A DNA stretch of 64,000 bases from Cirrosporium novae-zelandiae (lineage: Eukaryota), in contig JAPETS010000037.1 of assembly GCA_026023565.1 (NCBI GenBank), positions 186,001 through 250,000 of the forward strand. Reading direction: 5' to 3'. A program made the translations under genes and the position numbers. Every line of letters starts with the position of its first letter. The first letter of the stretch is position 1. Positions 1 through 12,657 of this stretch are shown piece by piece. The notes under the pieces were generated by a model that was given only the letters and a program-made list of their open reading frames with translations, made no database searches and was not told the DNA's origin.

Positions 1-836
1 TATCTACATAAGTTTGCCTCCTGTTAGAAGACATGCCAAAAGGACGTGGAACATCCACTACTTGAGCGGATACCCAGTGTTAGGATATACAACCTGGCTG
101 CGCCGTAACACCTCCCCTCACGCAAATGTTAATTTCTGCTTGTTATAAATCCTCATAACGATTTACCTTTTACTATTTTCATTAACACAAAAAACAACAA
201 CCGAGATATGATCAAAAGATCAAGAAATATTAGAATATTTTTATTTACATTAACAACATCCAGCCCACAACTAACTTTAAAACAATCCCCTACTCTCCTG
301 TCACATCTCATTAATCCGAATTAACAGATCAACAACAAAGATGGTTTTAAATAATTAAAATCGCCACACAGACTTCAAGTTGATGAAGTAATTAATGAGA
401 TTTTTTCGCTTTTGGATTTTGTTTCCCTCTCTTTTTTTCGGCTGCCAGATTGTCCCTTTTGTTCCTTTTCCTTTCCTATTACCCCCCATGTATGTCATAC
501 TCCGTTAAAAGAAAAGAGAAAAGTGCCCAGAGAAGACTTCGAGGGTGGTGATTATTCTGTTCTTGTACTCGTCATACCCGAAGTCATGAGGGAAATTCGT
601 ACGGCCCTTACCCCTCCCCCTCCACCTCGCACGCTAGGAACTGTAGGTGTTCCGTCCGTGTTTCTCATCAGTAACTAGGAAAAATATGTCGTAAATCATA
701 AATGTAACTGCGTGTAGCTGTTTCCCACTCATTTCTATCCCAAGTAGATATATTAGGTATCACAATGTAAAATCTCACCGCTCAAGGTGTACTACTGCAA
801 CTACCCTCAACATTAAGTTTCACTTATCTTGATAGC

Positions 837-3335
837 TTAAGCGAAAGCAATGAAAGCCATCACGCCAACTAGTGCTGCGTATGCTGCATTCACTGGAGTG
901 TTAGTTCTTCCGACTCCAGAGAACGCTGGTGCGGCTGTGGTTGACGAGGCTGGAGTGGTTTCGCTCGTGGCTGCACCGGTTGGAGTTGACTCTGCGCTGG
1001 TTTCAACTGTAGAGTAGCTAGTTAGAGAGCTGGCAGATTTGGTCGTCTTCGTTGTCTCGGCCGATTTTGACGGCGCAGAAGATGTAGTGACTGGAACAGG
1101 AGTCGCGGAGCTGTAGACCGGTAGAACAGATGACTCCGTGGTCACTGGTACTGGAGGAACAGAACTGTATGCAGACGGAACTTCACTACACCAAGAGACA
1201 CAAGCTGTGATAACCGTTGTTGTTGATGGTACGATGGTGTATCCAATAGAGGAGCTTGTGTAAATGCTGATTGGAGCAGTCGTGCAAGGTACCGCAGTTG
1301 TATAGGTTGTGTACACAGGGCTTGTTGTGACTGGAGCCAGTGGAGCCGTTGATTCAGCGCAGCCCCATGCACAGGTTGTAATGACAACTGTGATCGAAGG
1401 CGTGATTGTGTATACGGTAGATGAGCTCGTGTATGTTGTAGCCGGGCCAGTTGTGCAAGGGACCACTGTGCTGTATGTCGTGTATACAGGAGGTGTATAT
1501 GGTGTAAAGGTCTCTGACACAGGCGAAGGCGGCAGAGTGGATTCTGAGGTTACCGGTGGTGGAATCGGTGTGGTGCAGATGGAGAGTGTTGAGGTAGAAA
1601 CCGTATAAACGGTAGACGAGCTAGTATATTCACTAGTGCAGGGGACCCATGTGGTATATGTTGTGTAAGCGGTGGTTTCCGATGGTGAAGGTGGTACATA
1701 TGTTCCAGGAGATGTGTATGAGGTGCGAGAAATCGGATATGGAGGAACACTGGACCATGATGGCGAGGATGAAGGCGGTGGGGGGGGTAAATGTGAAGGT
1801 GATGAAACTGGCCAACTTTCCGTGCAAGGGCTTGAGCTTGGGGTAGTTGAGACTGGTGGTACTGGGGGAACCCAGGAGGTCGAAGAAGTTGTCACAGGCA
1901 CTGGGGGTATTGTGGTTGATTCGTTGCACGAAGATGAAAAGCTTTCAGGAGGAGGTACCCATGATGAACTTGGGGTTGTAACTGGTACTGGTGGCACTGA
2001 AGTCGACATAGACTCGGTGCACGAAGTCGAGAAGCTTTTGGGAGGGGGTGGTACCCACGACGACGACGAGCTTTTGGGAGGTGGGGGTACAAATGAACTT
2101 GAAGTTGTAACTGGCACTGGTGGCACCGACGTCGACATAGATTTAGTGCATGAAGTCGAGAAACTTTTGGGAGGTGGAGGCAACCATGACGACGAGCTCA
2201 TGGGTGGAGGTATCCATGAGGAACTTGAAGTAGTAGCCGACACGGGTGGTACCGGAATTGACATAGATTCAGTGCATGAAGTTGAGAAACTTTCGGGAGG
2301 CGGGGGCAACCATGAAGACGGCGAGCTTTTGGGAGGTGAGGATACAAATGAACTTGAAGTTGTAACCGGCACTGGCGGCACCGACATCGACATAGATTCG
2401 GTACATGAGGTTGACGAGCTTTCAGGGGGCGGGGGTACCGATGATGAGCTTGAACTTGTGACCGGCACTGGCGGTATTGACATTGACGTTGAAATAGATT
2501 CGGTACATGAAGTCGACGAGCTTTCAGGAGGAGGTACCCATGACGAGCTGGAAGTTGTAGCCGGCACTGGCGGCACCGACATCGAAATAGATTCGGTACA
2601 TGAGGTTGACGAGCTTTCGGGAGGCGGGGGCAACCATGAAGACGGCGAGCTTTTGGGAGATGGGGATACAAATGAACTTGAAGTTGTAACCGGCACTGGC
2701 GGCACCGACATCGACATAGATTCGGTACATGAGGTTGACGAGCTTTCAGGGGGCGGGGGTACCGATGATGAGCTTGAACTTGTGACCGGCACTGGCGGTA
2801 TTGACATTGACGTTGAAATAGATTCGGTACATGAGGTTGACGAGCTTTCAGGGGGCGGGGGCACCCATGATGAGCCTGAACTTGTGACCGGCGCTGGCGG
2901 CATTGGCATCGACATCGAAATGGTTTCGGTGCACGATGTTGAGTTGTTGCCTGGTGGAGGAAACCACGGCGAGGAACTTGACGTCGTGATAGGTACTGGT
3001 GGTACTGATGTAATCCACACAGGTGGTAGAGATTCACTTGTTGAGATTGTTGGGATTGTTGAAGAAGGAGGCGCCCAAGTGCACGCGCTATGCTTGCAGG
3101 AAGTGACGGTTACTATGGAAGTAGTCCATGTAGTCAAGATAGAATTTGAATGGCTAAATGTGATAGGGCAGATGGTTGTCGTAGTAAACGTTGTCATCGT
3201 CATCTCTTCCTCGGATACATAGAGTGGAGGTGAAGCATCCCATGCCGATTCCCATTCCGATCCCCATTCGCGCTGGAGGATTCTTCCTGCAGCAACTGAG
3301 CCAGCTAAGGCCAACCACGGCAGTAAGTTCCTCAT
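837..3335 (-). CDS. GPI-anchored Ser/Thr/Pro-rich cell-wall/adhesin-like protein with Cys-containing tandem repeats
   Basis: First ATG at 3335 (the track start at 3353 is TTG). Signal peptide MRNLLPWLALAGSVAAG, about 11 PPPPESSSTSCTES..VPPVPVTTSSS repeats, TYTTxVPCTT repeats, and a C-terminal omega-site region plus hydrophobic tail (FSGVGRTN...AALVGVMAFIAFA). Single exon. Confidence 0.85.
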   Translation of the reverse strand: MRNLLPWLALAGSVAAGRILQREWGSEWESAWDASPPLYVSEEEMTMTTFTTTTICPITFSHSNSILTTWTTSIVTVTSCKHSACTWAPPSSTIPTISTSESLPPVWITSVPPVPITTSSSSPWFPPPGNNSTSCTETISMSMPMPPAPVTSSGSSWVPPPPESSSTSCTESISTSMSIPPVPVTSSSSSSVPPPPESSSTSCTESMSMSVPPVPVTTSSSFVSPSPKSSPSSWLPPPPESSSTSCTESISMSVPPVPATTSSSSWVPPPESSSTSCTESISTSMSIPPVPVTSSSSSSVPPPPESSSTSCTESMSMSVPPVPVTTSSSFVSSPPKSSPSSWLPPPPESFSTSCTESMSIPVPPVSATTSSSSWIPPPMSSSSWLPPPPKSFSTSCTKSMSTSVPPVPVTTSSSFVPPPPKSSSSSWVPPPPKSFSTSCTESMSTSVPPVPVTTPSSSWVPPPESFSSSCNESTTIPPVPVTTSSTSWVPPVPPVSTTPSSSPCTESWPVSSPSHLPPPPPSSSPSWSSVPPYPISRTSYTSPGTYVPPSPSETTAYTTYTTWVPCTSEYTSSSTVYTVSTSTLSICTTPIPPPVTSESTLPPSPVSETFTPYTPPVYTTYSTVVPCTTGPATTYTSSSTVYTITPSITVVITTCAWGCAESTAPLAPVTTSPVYTTYTTAVPCTTAPISIYTSSSIGYTIVPSTTTVITACVSWCSEVPSAYSSVPPVPVTTESSVLPVYSSATPVPVTTSSAPSKSAETTKTTKSASSLTSYSTVETSAESTPTGAATSETTPASSTTAAPAFSGVGRTNTPVNAAYAALVGVMAFIAFA
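1870..2970 (-). repeat. Coding minisatellite (about 96-130 bp units) with a 324-bp higher-order duplication
   Basis: 2341-2510 recurs essentially identically at 2665-2834 (offset 324 bp = 108 codons). Confidence 0.85.
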
Positions 3336-5793
3336 ACCGGCGGCGAGTTTCAAACAAGAGCGAATGTGATGACCTAGTTATCAACGAAAGTGTACAAGAG
3401 TAGAGCTATGCTAACAAGAAGACCGTAGCGAGAGAGTCCTGCTTGTCGTGGTGAATCTCTGAAGCCAAGGCTGAGATTGAGTGATTGATAGACTCAAACA
3501 ATTGATGGAGAAGGAAGGAAAAGGACAAAAGGACTGGAGAGGTCCAAGTCATATAAGGATGGGTTGGATCAGCAGTTGGTTCCAGCCACCAAAACAAAGT
3601 AGAATGGGGCTGTAGGGACATGGATAGAATATGATCAGAGCAACCCTCGTTCCCGATCCTGCCTGTAGGACTAGAGAGGGAGCGGCCAGTGACTGGTCTG
3701 ATGCCGGGGACTTGCATAGACTGATGCTATCCCAGGCGATGACCATCTGCCATGAGCTTCCCAATGAACAAATTAAGGGACAGGTAGGTAGCCAGCCGGC
3801 TGGTAGACTTTAGAGCTTTTTTTTCATCTGCCATTAATCATGTAAAAATCTAACGAGGCAAAGAAAAACAGGATACCTACAACCAAGGTAGAAGAATCGA
3901 TTGGTCGGCTAAGGAAGACAATGAAGCCGATTGAATTAAAGAGCCTCTTATGCCTCGTGTCTTTCTTGTTTTGGACATCCTGCTCATGAGATACAATCAA
4001 CAAAGACAAATGTGTCACCGCATAGTTACATGATCCTGTACGAGAAATAATTAACGTGGTTGAGAATTGCAATATCAAGGGAAACAAGGTGGAGTAAGCT
4101 GTTTGTTGGCTGGGATACCGAGAGGCTGGTGAAGTGGATATTTGGCCATCCTAGTATTAAAAATTAAGCTTAGAGGAATATACTAATGCAAGTTTAGTGA
4201 CCTCGTAATCGTAATCATTATAGGATCTATTTAGTCAACGTTGCAAGCCCTGAGAAGAGGGGTTGGAAGATTGTGATTATTCTTTTGGTGTTGTGGTTGT
4301 TATGGGTTGTTGTGAGCAAGAAAGGTTGCGGTGGTGAGGTGAGAGGGGAAGGGAGAAGGAAAAGAGAGGTTAGTTCGGATTGATGTGGTTTAGTGGCTAC
4401 ATAATAATTGGTTAGATTCAGGTACAGAGTAATCAGCCAGAAATCAAGAAATATCTTTCCGAAGATTTCCATCAAGATGAGAGGCGGGGAAGGTGAAGAA
4501 CTGGGGAAGAGATGGAGAGGAGTATGAGTGAGTTGAGTACTAAGACAACCAGAACTCTCCAGCTCTCCCAACCCCCTGCCCCTGCAATTCCATTTTTATA
4601 CACCCGTTCATCCTCTCCTTCATCCAACATCGAAAACCCCACCTATCCCATAATTATCCACTCACTCATTTATTCGTCTAATTAATTAATATAATCACTT
4701 TGGATGTTCTCTTGGTTCCCCAACCTCAATAAATTATCCCGCTTAGAGTTTTTCTAACCAGCTTACTTTTTCTCTAGGCTTTTCGTTCCTTGCTCCCATG
4801 TCTTCCCAACTTCGAAAGAGGATTCGATCATGTCGGATACCTGCATTACGTTGCATAAATCTGCAAGGTCATAGACGAACGGCCTGCTGGCTAAATGTAC
4901 CTTGAGTCTTGAGCCTTTTTTTTACTACAGAGATTACATATCTCCTTGACCTTCATCCTCCGTCTCCGTTATGACTGCTCAGGTTCCATTGGTACCGTTG
5001 GTATAATTGCTACAATATGCGTCGGTTGTATCCTCATCAGAACACTTTGGCCACTTCGTTGGCTACTTCTTCGGCCATATATTCGGGTACGAAATATCTA
5101 CGCCACCCCAATTCATGCCGTCAGAGGTCACTCACTCATCATCCCTCTGTACCGAGCACAAAATTCCCAATCTGTGTTTCTGTGCAATCCTTTGCAACCT
5201 AAGGAGGAGTAAAGGTACACAATACCATCCTCCTTCGTATTAGTCCTGCTGATCACCCTGCCCCAGATGATCTACGATTCGTCGTGCAGTTTTAGAGCAG
5301 TAGAATATATTAATGTCTCAGGTCTGTTCAACTCTTGGGCTCCACTGCAAATCCATCGACACTACTCACGAACATATGGATACTTTTCCATCTTTCTCCA
5401 TCTTTCGCTAGTCAGATTAAATTTGCAGAGCCCTCACAATTCACTTATTTTTTCCCACAAAAAGATATGAGACCAAATCGGAACCTTCGGCTACACAGCC
5501 GTCCCGACATCACTTGATACTAAGACACTCCCCACTGTTATGGCCTCATTTCGGCCAGGACAGGTTGCATTTACATCCTCGGTCATCTTGACTTATGCTT
5601 CCTCAACACTCCGAAGTTCTCTACATCCCCACAGAAGCACTGCTGAAAAAAAAAACAAAGCCAGTCCATGTGCAGGGCGATCATTCTCCACCATTTTTCT
5701 TTTTTTCTTCGTTCCTGTTGTTATTTTTGAACCTCCGTAGGATCAGCACATGGAATGAAGAAGCAGCATGATGACCTTGGCAAGTCTGAAAAG

Positions 5794-7648
5794 TTACAAG
5801 TCATCATCATCCTCTTCTGATTCACTGATATATCCTTCCTCGTAGGCTTCAATCATCTCTTCTAACCTGTTTGATAAATTTTCTCTCTCTTCAAGAGCAA
5901 TAAATGGGTTAATCCTGCTTTTGACATTCTTGATGTAATTAGCAACGTCGGTAGAGGTAGCCAATGCGCCCCGGACTGCAATAGAGCTTGAATGCTGCGG
6001 GATGTTAGGGAAAATCTTGGGGAAGCTATCCACAAGCGGAAACTGAAGGCATATCTGGTGCCTGAAACAATCGAGAAGTTAGCAACGTCAAATGGTTCTT
6101 AATGCGCGAGGCATAGTAGATAGTATGCGTAGAAGGTTTCGACCGTCCTTCCTTGCAGAGACTGCAACTATTGGTGGCAACTCAGGCCGAGCGCAGCGTA
6201 CTTACTTCTCAACCACAGATAGACCAGCTATGCGTCGGTGCTTTCGTTCATAATCTGCCTCCCCGGATGACTCGTCTGGTATTTTAAAGTTGCCACGTAA
6301 GACCTCTGTCTGCGCAAAAATATGATCCTTTTTTCTGTACTTAGACTGCTCGGGTAAGAAGCCCAACTCGAACCGAGAGTCTTCCATGTCGTTAGCAGAT
6401 ATTATGTTTGCATTCCGTGGCGACCGCCTATCGTCCTCTTGCTCGTCTCTAGCGTAACGGCGGTTGTATTCCTCCTCATCTGCTATAGAACACTTTAGCC
6501 TAGATATCGTTCTATTTCCTTGTAGATTGAGGTTTGCTTCTAGTTGATCCAGCGTAACTCGACCTTGGGATGATTTTACACGTGCAAGCACTGTTATTGA
6601 TTCCATTGCCGTAGATAGGAGAGCGGAAGTATGCCAATCTGACTCTAGAGACATGCTAATGTCTGATGGGAGTTGAGTCACTGGAACAGAGAGGGGGACG
6701 TATGTTGACGCTTGACCAGACACATCGGAAAGCGATCGTACGACATTCGCACTTCTAAGCATTTTCTTGGCCTGGAACCTAATCAGAAAATTTCAAGATA
6801 TATCTAGAAGTTGCATAAAGCCATGCAAACTCACCCTTGGGACTTTTCTTGAGTCTTCGAGCCCCCAAACCCATAGTGTTGTCTTCCCATACTCATCTCT
6901 TAGTCTATCCAGATACTGAGCAGCAAACCCTCCCCAAGCATCGTCAACACTTGTCATGATCTGGAGCGCTTGGATCTGATCACACTCTTCCGCGAAGGGT
7001 CTTAAATCACGATCAAGAAGATCATGCTCCTTGTCAAGGTTACCAAATAGCTCTTCTCCGGACGTCCAAGACTCGAACGGTCGTAACGTTGAGTTTAGTT
7101 CATAGTCATTTAGCTGAACTATTGACTTTGGATGATAGAACGGCCGATTAAAGTCAGACCAGTATCGAACAGTGTCAGTCGTGAGTTGTGGTGGAGAAAC
7201 TCCTGCTTCCAGACTTTCCTGGTATACATGCGGTTTGATGGGCTCTTCCCGAACTGTTGATACTGCACCAGCCCTTGGGTGTTATATGTTAGACACCAAT
7301 TAGAGTATAGATCAGACAGAAGCGTTACCATTGACCGGCCGGGTTGCTATCTTGGATTTCACCATACAAAGCATTGACCTTGCGCAAAGAACCAAATCCT
7401 CCCTTGAGATCATAGATCACGGTACGAGGTGTGAATGTCTCTCCGCCATCAACACCAATACCTGGTCTGAAATGAACATCGTGATCTATGGGTGATTCTT
7501 CATTAGAAGAATACGTAAAGTAGGATTCCTAGTTCTATTATCAACGGGGAACGTTTCCAATAGTAATCTTACGAACCTGAGCATTCCAGAAATGTGTCCC
7601 AAGATAGTTGCTCCTTTGCCCTAACTGCAGGGTTATTATTTCATGCAT
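5794..7648 (-). CDS. DML1: Misato/DML1 tubulin-like protein (mitochondrial distribution/mtDNA inheritance), multi-exon
   Basis: Spliced translation starts [30 protein letters not shown]...HDVHFRPG...[17 protein letters not shown], the misato segment II signature. Acidic C-terminus [16 protein letters not shown]. Four GT-AG introns visible. Confidence 0.92.
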
Positions 7649-8022
7649 CGCTTGGATAAGCAAACCGACGATGTAAATCTATGCGAAATATGACACGGTT
7701 AAATCCGGTATTTCCAATCTATTTTCAGAAAGAGATTTTATTCCAGTCAACTCTTAGAAATAAAAGGATAACTCCCGATGTCTTGATTGGTCTGCGGGAT
7801 AGATTCTCTGCTAACTGGAACGTGTGATTGTTAATAACTTCGAGGGTCTCAGGGTTGATGTTTTCGATGTCGCTATTCACAAATCGCCTGATATTCCTTG
7901 ACTATCTATCCACACTACATACACTTAACATATGTTCTTAATGCTTGCTCTACCAATCAATAATATATTACTTAATTTCATCCAAACTACACAACAATCA
8001 AGACCTGAGAACTAAAAAAGCC

Positions 8023-8655
8023 ATGACTTGGTGGACAGGGCTAGCCTCTCTTCAATTCCCAAGGAATCTCCCTACATCACCAGTTCCTCAAGTGGGGGAT
8101 AAGGCCCCAGCGGATGGAAATATTATATTACCTATAGATGGGAAATATACCATCATTACCTTTCTACGCCACTGTGGCTGTCCATGTATGAGCTATTATT
8201 ACACCAAGTACGATAGCTAGTGCTCATTATCATATCAAGTTGCAGAAAAGACATTCCTAGATCTCCGCAGTCTTGCTGCGTCCAACCCCTCTGTCCAATT
8301 TGTCGCTGTTTCTCACAGTGACGAACTTTCCACAAATAATTGGCTGAGTGCTGTTGGCGGAGCCGGCTCGATAAAGATGATTACGGATCCCGAACGTGAG
8401 TTATATGCTGGATGGGGCCTTGGAGTATCAAGCTGGTTCCATTTCTTGAGCCCAACAGCCATGTGGAGTGCATATCAGCTAGCCAAAGATGGAATCACAA
8501 ATCGACCAACAGAGAGTGGAAATAGATGGCAAACAGCAGGAAGCTTTGCCGTTGATCAAGATGACATTGTAAGGTATGCACATGTTGCGCAGCATGCTGG
8601 AGATGTTCCTGACTTTGAGAAAGTCTTGGAGCTAGTCGACGTCAAAGGATTGTAG
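8023..8655 (+). CDS. AhpC/TSA-2 (peroxiredoxin-like 2/AAED1-type) thioredoxin-fold protein
   Basis: Intron 8186-8239 joins TFLRHCGCP to FAEKTF. Downstream TDPERELYAGWGLG and GNRWQTAGSFAVD are typical of this family. Confidence 0.8.
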
Positions 8656-8901
8656 TAATCTGCTTGGAGGAATATTCGGGAGCGGGTCTCGGAGATGAGA
8701 GATCTATGATCCTAATTACCTATATCGATGTCCATAGTTTAGTAGATAATATATATCTCGAGAGTTAACAGTTGTAAAAAATCCTGAGAAGAGTTGTATT
8801 GTGTAAACGTAGAAGAGAATTGTCAATGATGGTAAATGAGGTCGAGAAATAATGTTCCTCAGCAAGGGCCAATCACGCCAACCAACCTTAGATTATCTAG
8901 A

Positions 8902-8922
8902 TTAGGGCTTATTTTGTCACAC
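8902..8922 (+). promoter_or_regulatory. Candidate ribosomal-protein promoter element (TTAGGGCT, Tbf1/IFHL-like) beside a partial Homol-D-like GTCACA
   Basis: TTAGGGCTTATTTTGTCACAC lies about 150 bp upstream of the RPS5 ATG. TTAGGGCT-type motifs are known from ascomycete ribosomal-protein promoters. Confidence 0.4.
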
Positions 8923-9065
8923 CCACAATAATCTTAGCGACCTCCAAATCTATCTGAAAGACTAACCTGGCCGTTGCAGCAAGTTGACCATTTACGACTA
9001 ATTCAACCACCTCTTCGTCCTCAATTCTCTTCACACATACAGTTGCCCGCCGCACTGCAGTCAAG

Positions 9066-9933
9066 ATGTCCGACAAGGGCGAAATCGAGGTCGAAAGCCC
9101 CACCAGCTTCACAGTGCTGCCCAAGGAGGTTACTCAGGAAATCGGTTCCATCAAGCTTTTCAATAAATGGAGTTATGAAGATGTTGAGATCAGAGATATT
9201 TCTCTAACGTAGGCTATATCCTTGAAGGAATATATCATTCCTACGTATTGTGATCCGAAGCAATTTCAAGAGGCATCAAAAACGGAATTTCGGGACTAAA
9301 AGCTAATTGCATATTTACGATAGTGACTACATTCAAATACGCTCCCCTGTTTATGTATCTCATTCCTCCGGCCGATATGCTGTAAAGCGATTCCGCAAGG
9401 CGCAATGCCCTATCATTGAACGCCTCACCAACTCTCTCATGATGAACGGCCGCAACAATGGTAAAAAGCTTATGGCTGTCAGAATCGTCGCCCATGCTTT
9501 CGAAATCGTACGTCTTTACCTTTTACTTCTGGCTGATTAAATGTTCCATTAAGCAAAAGAAACTTGAAGTGGCATGAAACTGGATAGCTACTAATTTGAG
9601 ATTTTGCGCGCATAGATTCACATTATGACCGACCAGAACCCCATCCAGATTGCTGTTGATGCCATTGTCAACTGCGGTCCCCGTGAAGACAGTACCCGTA
9701 TCGGTAGTGCCGGTACCGTCCGAAGACAGGCTGTTGATGTTTCCCCTCTCCGTCGGGTCAACCAGGCTATTGCCCTTCTCACAATTGGCGCTCGCGAAGC
9801 CGCTTTCAGGAACGTAAAAAGCGTTGCTGAGTGCTTGGCTGAAGAGTTGATCAACGCGGCCAAGGGAAGCTCGAATTCGTATGCCATCAAGAAGAAGGAT
9901 GAGTTGGAGCGTGTGGCGAAGAGCAATCGGTAA
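9066..9933 (+). CDS. RPS5: 40S ribosomal protein S5 (uS7)
   Basis: Exons 9066-9208, 9324-9507, 9616-9933. [42 protein letters not shown] and C-terminal [14 protein letters not shown]. Confidence 0.98.
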
Positions 9934-10595
9934 AGCGTTGATATGGTTGTTCTGTGGTGGGCTGGGCATGATAAGGTACATGAAAGATGGATACTCGTGC
10001 TGGTGGTTATGCGGGCCCCGAAGTGAGGAAACTATCAATTGACTTCGAATACGCCTGTAGCTATCAAATCTACGACTTTACTGATAAGGTTTGGCCGGCG
10101 GGGCTTGATTCATCGGAGTATTGATCTAAAATAAAAAGCACCAGACTATGTTACTTTCTTCTTGAAGCTTGCTCAGATAAAAACTATTGCAAGCAAAAAG
10201 CTGGCTGGATATAGAAGTCTTTGGTAAGTGGAAGAACAGGAATGTAGGTAACTTCCTAAGGAAATTGTCATTAGTTGGAAACTCGTTAATTTTAATGCGA
10301 GCCTAATCTACTTGACAAAAATTTGATTGAGTAGGTCAGTAGATAAATGAAGATATCTGGGTGCTCCCTCTAATTAATTGAATAAGAAGTGGGTGGGTGT
10401 GTCAATAACAGGACTCTACTGTACCTTTTATGAGTAGTGGGGGGTTCACCATCCACGTTGCTGGGCAACAGGCCAGAGTTAGCGTAAACATCATATTCCC
10501 AACATCCTGGACTCAACCATCATACTAGGAATGCGCTGTATCTGCAAACACCCTCAATAGTAATAATTCAATATTATTTAATACTCACAGCAATC

Positions 10596-12657
10596 ATGGA
10601 TCCTGATGTTTCATTGCCTCCTACACCTGGGCTACCACTGTTTCCTGTTTCCCCAGAACGAACAAATCAACAACGACTGCCGCAATCGCCCTCACTGCCC
10701 GCCAGCTTAGCAGATAGGCTACATCATGTCCGCACTACATCAGATGTCCAGAGCAAGGTTGCGGCTTTCAATAATCTCAGCAGAGATGTCGCAGAAAGAA
10801 GACGTTTCAATGAGGCCGCCTTGAAGCGCGCTGTTGTTGGAAGAGAAGCGGCTGAAGAAGATTTGAAGCGGGTCAAGAAAGATATGGATGAATGGAGACA
10901 TGAAGCAGAGGAGCGAAGGATACGGGAGAAGAAGATCATGGAGAGGCTGGAAACTGTTATGGTGAGTACACTTCGTTTCACGTCAGATAACTTTCTCATG
11001 TAATATGACGTTTTAGGATGATTTACATCACACAAAGGAGTCGCATGCTCATGCCCAGGCACTGTATGAGAAAGAAATACGAAGAGCAAGAAAAGAAGCG
11101 TTTAAGGCATCTTCTACTATGGTAAAGATTCAGGAAGAACTTCAGGCCACCCGGAGTGCCCATCGCATTGTGAAAGCCGAACTAGATCTACAAAAAGTTA
11201 AAACAACCCGCAACGAGCAGGATTGTTTTCAGGCCCAAGATGAACTTGTTGCCGTTCATGAAGAACTTGAACGAACACAAGAAAAGCTCAAAATTATAGA
11301 AGAGGAGAAAGATACTTTGAAGAATAAGTTAGAAAGGGAAGAGGTAGAGACGCTAGCTAGCTCTGGTGCTCTCGCGCTTCCATCTTCTCCGCGGAAGAAA
11401 TCGACTCCAAGGCTCTCCGTGCAAAACCGGGAGATATCTCCATCGCCAATGTCTCGAAGGCTATCATTCAAGGAGAACGTCGACCCTGAATTACAGATTG
11501 CATCGGAATTGGAGAAAGTGCACATGGAAGAGATGAACAAGTTACGTCTGGACCTAGACTGGGAGAGAAGGAGAGCTGATACCCTGGACGACATGATCGA
11601 TTTTCTAAAGATGGAATGCCAGTTCAAACGTTGTTCCTGCCGAATCGCAGAAAGCCGGGGGGCTCCCTACATTCACGACCAGGATGCTGATACTTTAAGG
11701 TCTCTATATGCTGGGAAGTATCCATCACCTATATCTACCTCATTCCCAATTCCAGAGGAACTTATCGTAACAGTGGATCCTGTGAAGTCTGACGTTAAAC
11801 ATGAGCCGAAAGGAGAGGATACAGAGTTTATGACAGTACAAGCAGAACCACGACTTAGCTTCTCTCCTAATTCTGGTACCTTCCATGCTGTTCCTCCCAC
11901 GGAAGATATTCCAGAGGCTCCAGTTGATATTCTAGATGAGCCAATAGAGCCCCTTATGGACCCGGAAGCCCCAGCTGAGGATTATCCAACGGAGGTTGAA
12001 CCCCAAATTATGGAAGGGGAATATGTGGCAGAGGATGAGGCTCAGTTTGAGGTGTTACAGCTAGAAGCACAATTAGAAGGTCTACAGCTGGAGGCGTCAC
12101 AACCAGAAGTGCAACAGCTAGAAGCACAGCTAGAAGGATTGCAGCTAGAAGCACCGCAACCAGATGTATCGCAACTGGAAGTACCACAACCGGAGGAAAT
12201 TATATCCACGGAAGTTGTACCAGATGAAGTTGAACAGCTGATGGAGCAAGCCCTAGACCCCGAGGAACTTGAAGCACGCAGACTTGCCCTTCCACTGTCT
12301 CCAACAGAAAGCTCCCATTCTCATTCGTCTCAGAAAGTGTTGATCCGGGAAGTCTCACCACTAGATGGCCAAGGGCCTCCTCAAACACCAAAGCCAGCCT
12401 TACTACCACCCATTCTCTTCCGCGCGACTCCCAAAACCATAGGCCACGCAAGCACAGCCAGGATTCCCTTGACCGACGCCTTCCCAACAACCATCACCAT
12501 GACCCGCGAAGAAATGCTCGAAGCAATCAAGCGGCGTCGCGGCCGAGCTCGCAGTCTCGCAGCCAACAGCCTGGCACCCCGAAAACCCATGATAGACCCG
12601 GGAGAACAACAACGAAGGGACATCAGTGCCCCTGCGCTGAGCTCCTACAACGGCTAA
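10596..12657 (+). CDS. Fungal coiled-coil protein of unknown function
   Basis: Intron 10962-11016 joins the two long ORFs in frame (..LETVM|DDLHH..YEKEIRRARKEAFK). Heptad-rich region, Cys cluster KMECQFKRCSCR and acidic internal repeats. Confidence 0.8.

Noticed and set aside
1672..3222. 516-aa Gly/Glu/Val-rich plus-strand ORF antisense to the GPI gene
   Set aside because: Shadow of a repetitive Ser/Pro/Thr sense sequence; no independent gene features.
5768..5789. ATGATGA...CTGA (C/D box-like)
   Set aside because: Only 22 nt apart, too short for a snoRNA, and no terminal stem.
8160..8190. Selenocysteine in the AhpC-like active site
   Set aside because: Both Cys codons are TGT; there is no in-frame TGA.
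9209..9615. Intronic snoRNA in the somewhat longer RPS5 introns
   Set aside because: No paired C/D boxes or H/ACA layout seen; only a weak hairpin in intron 1.
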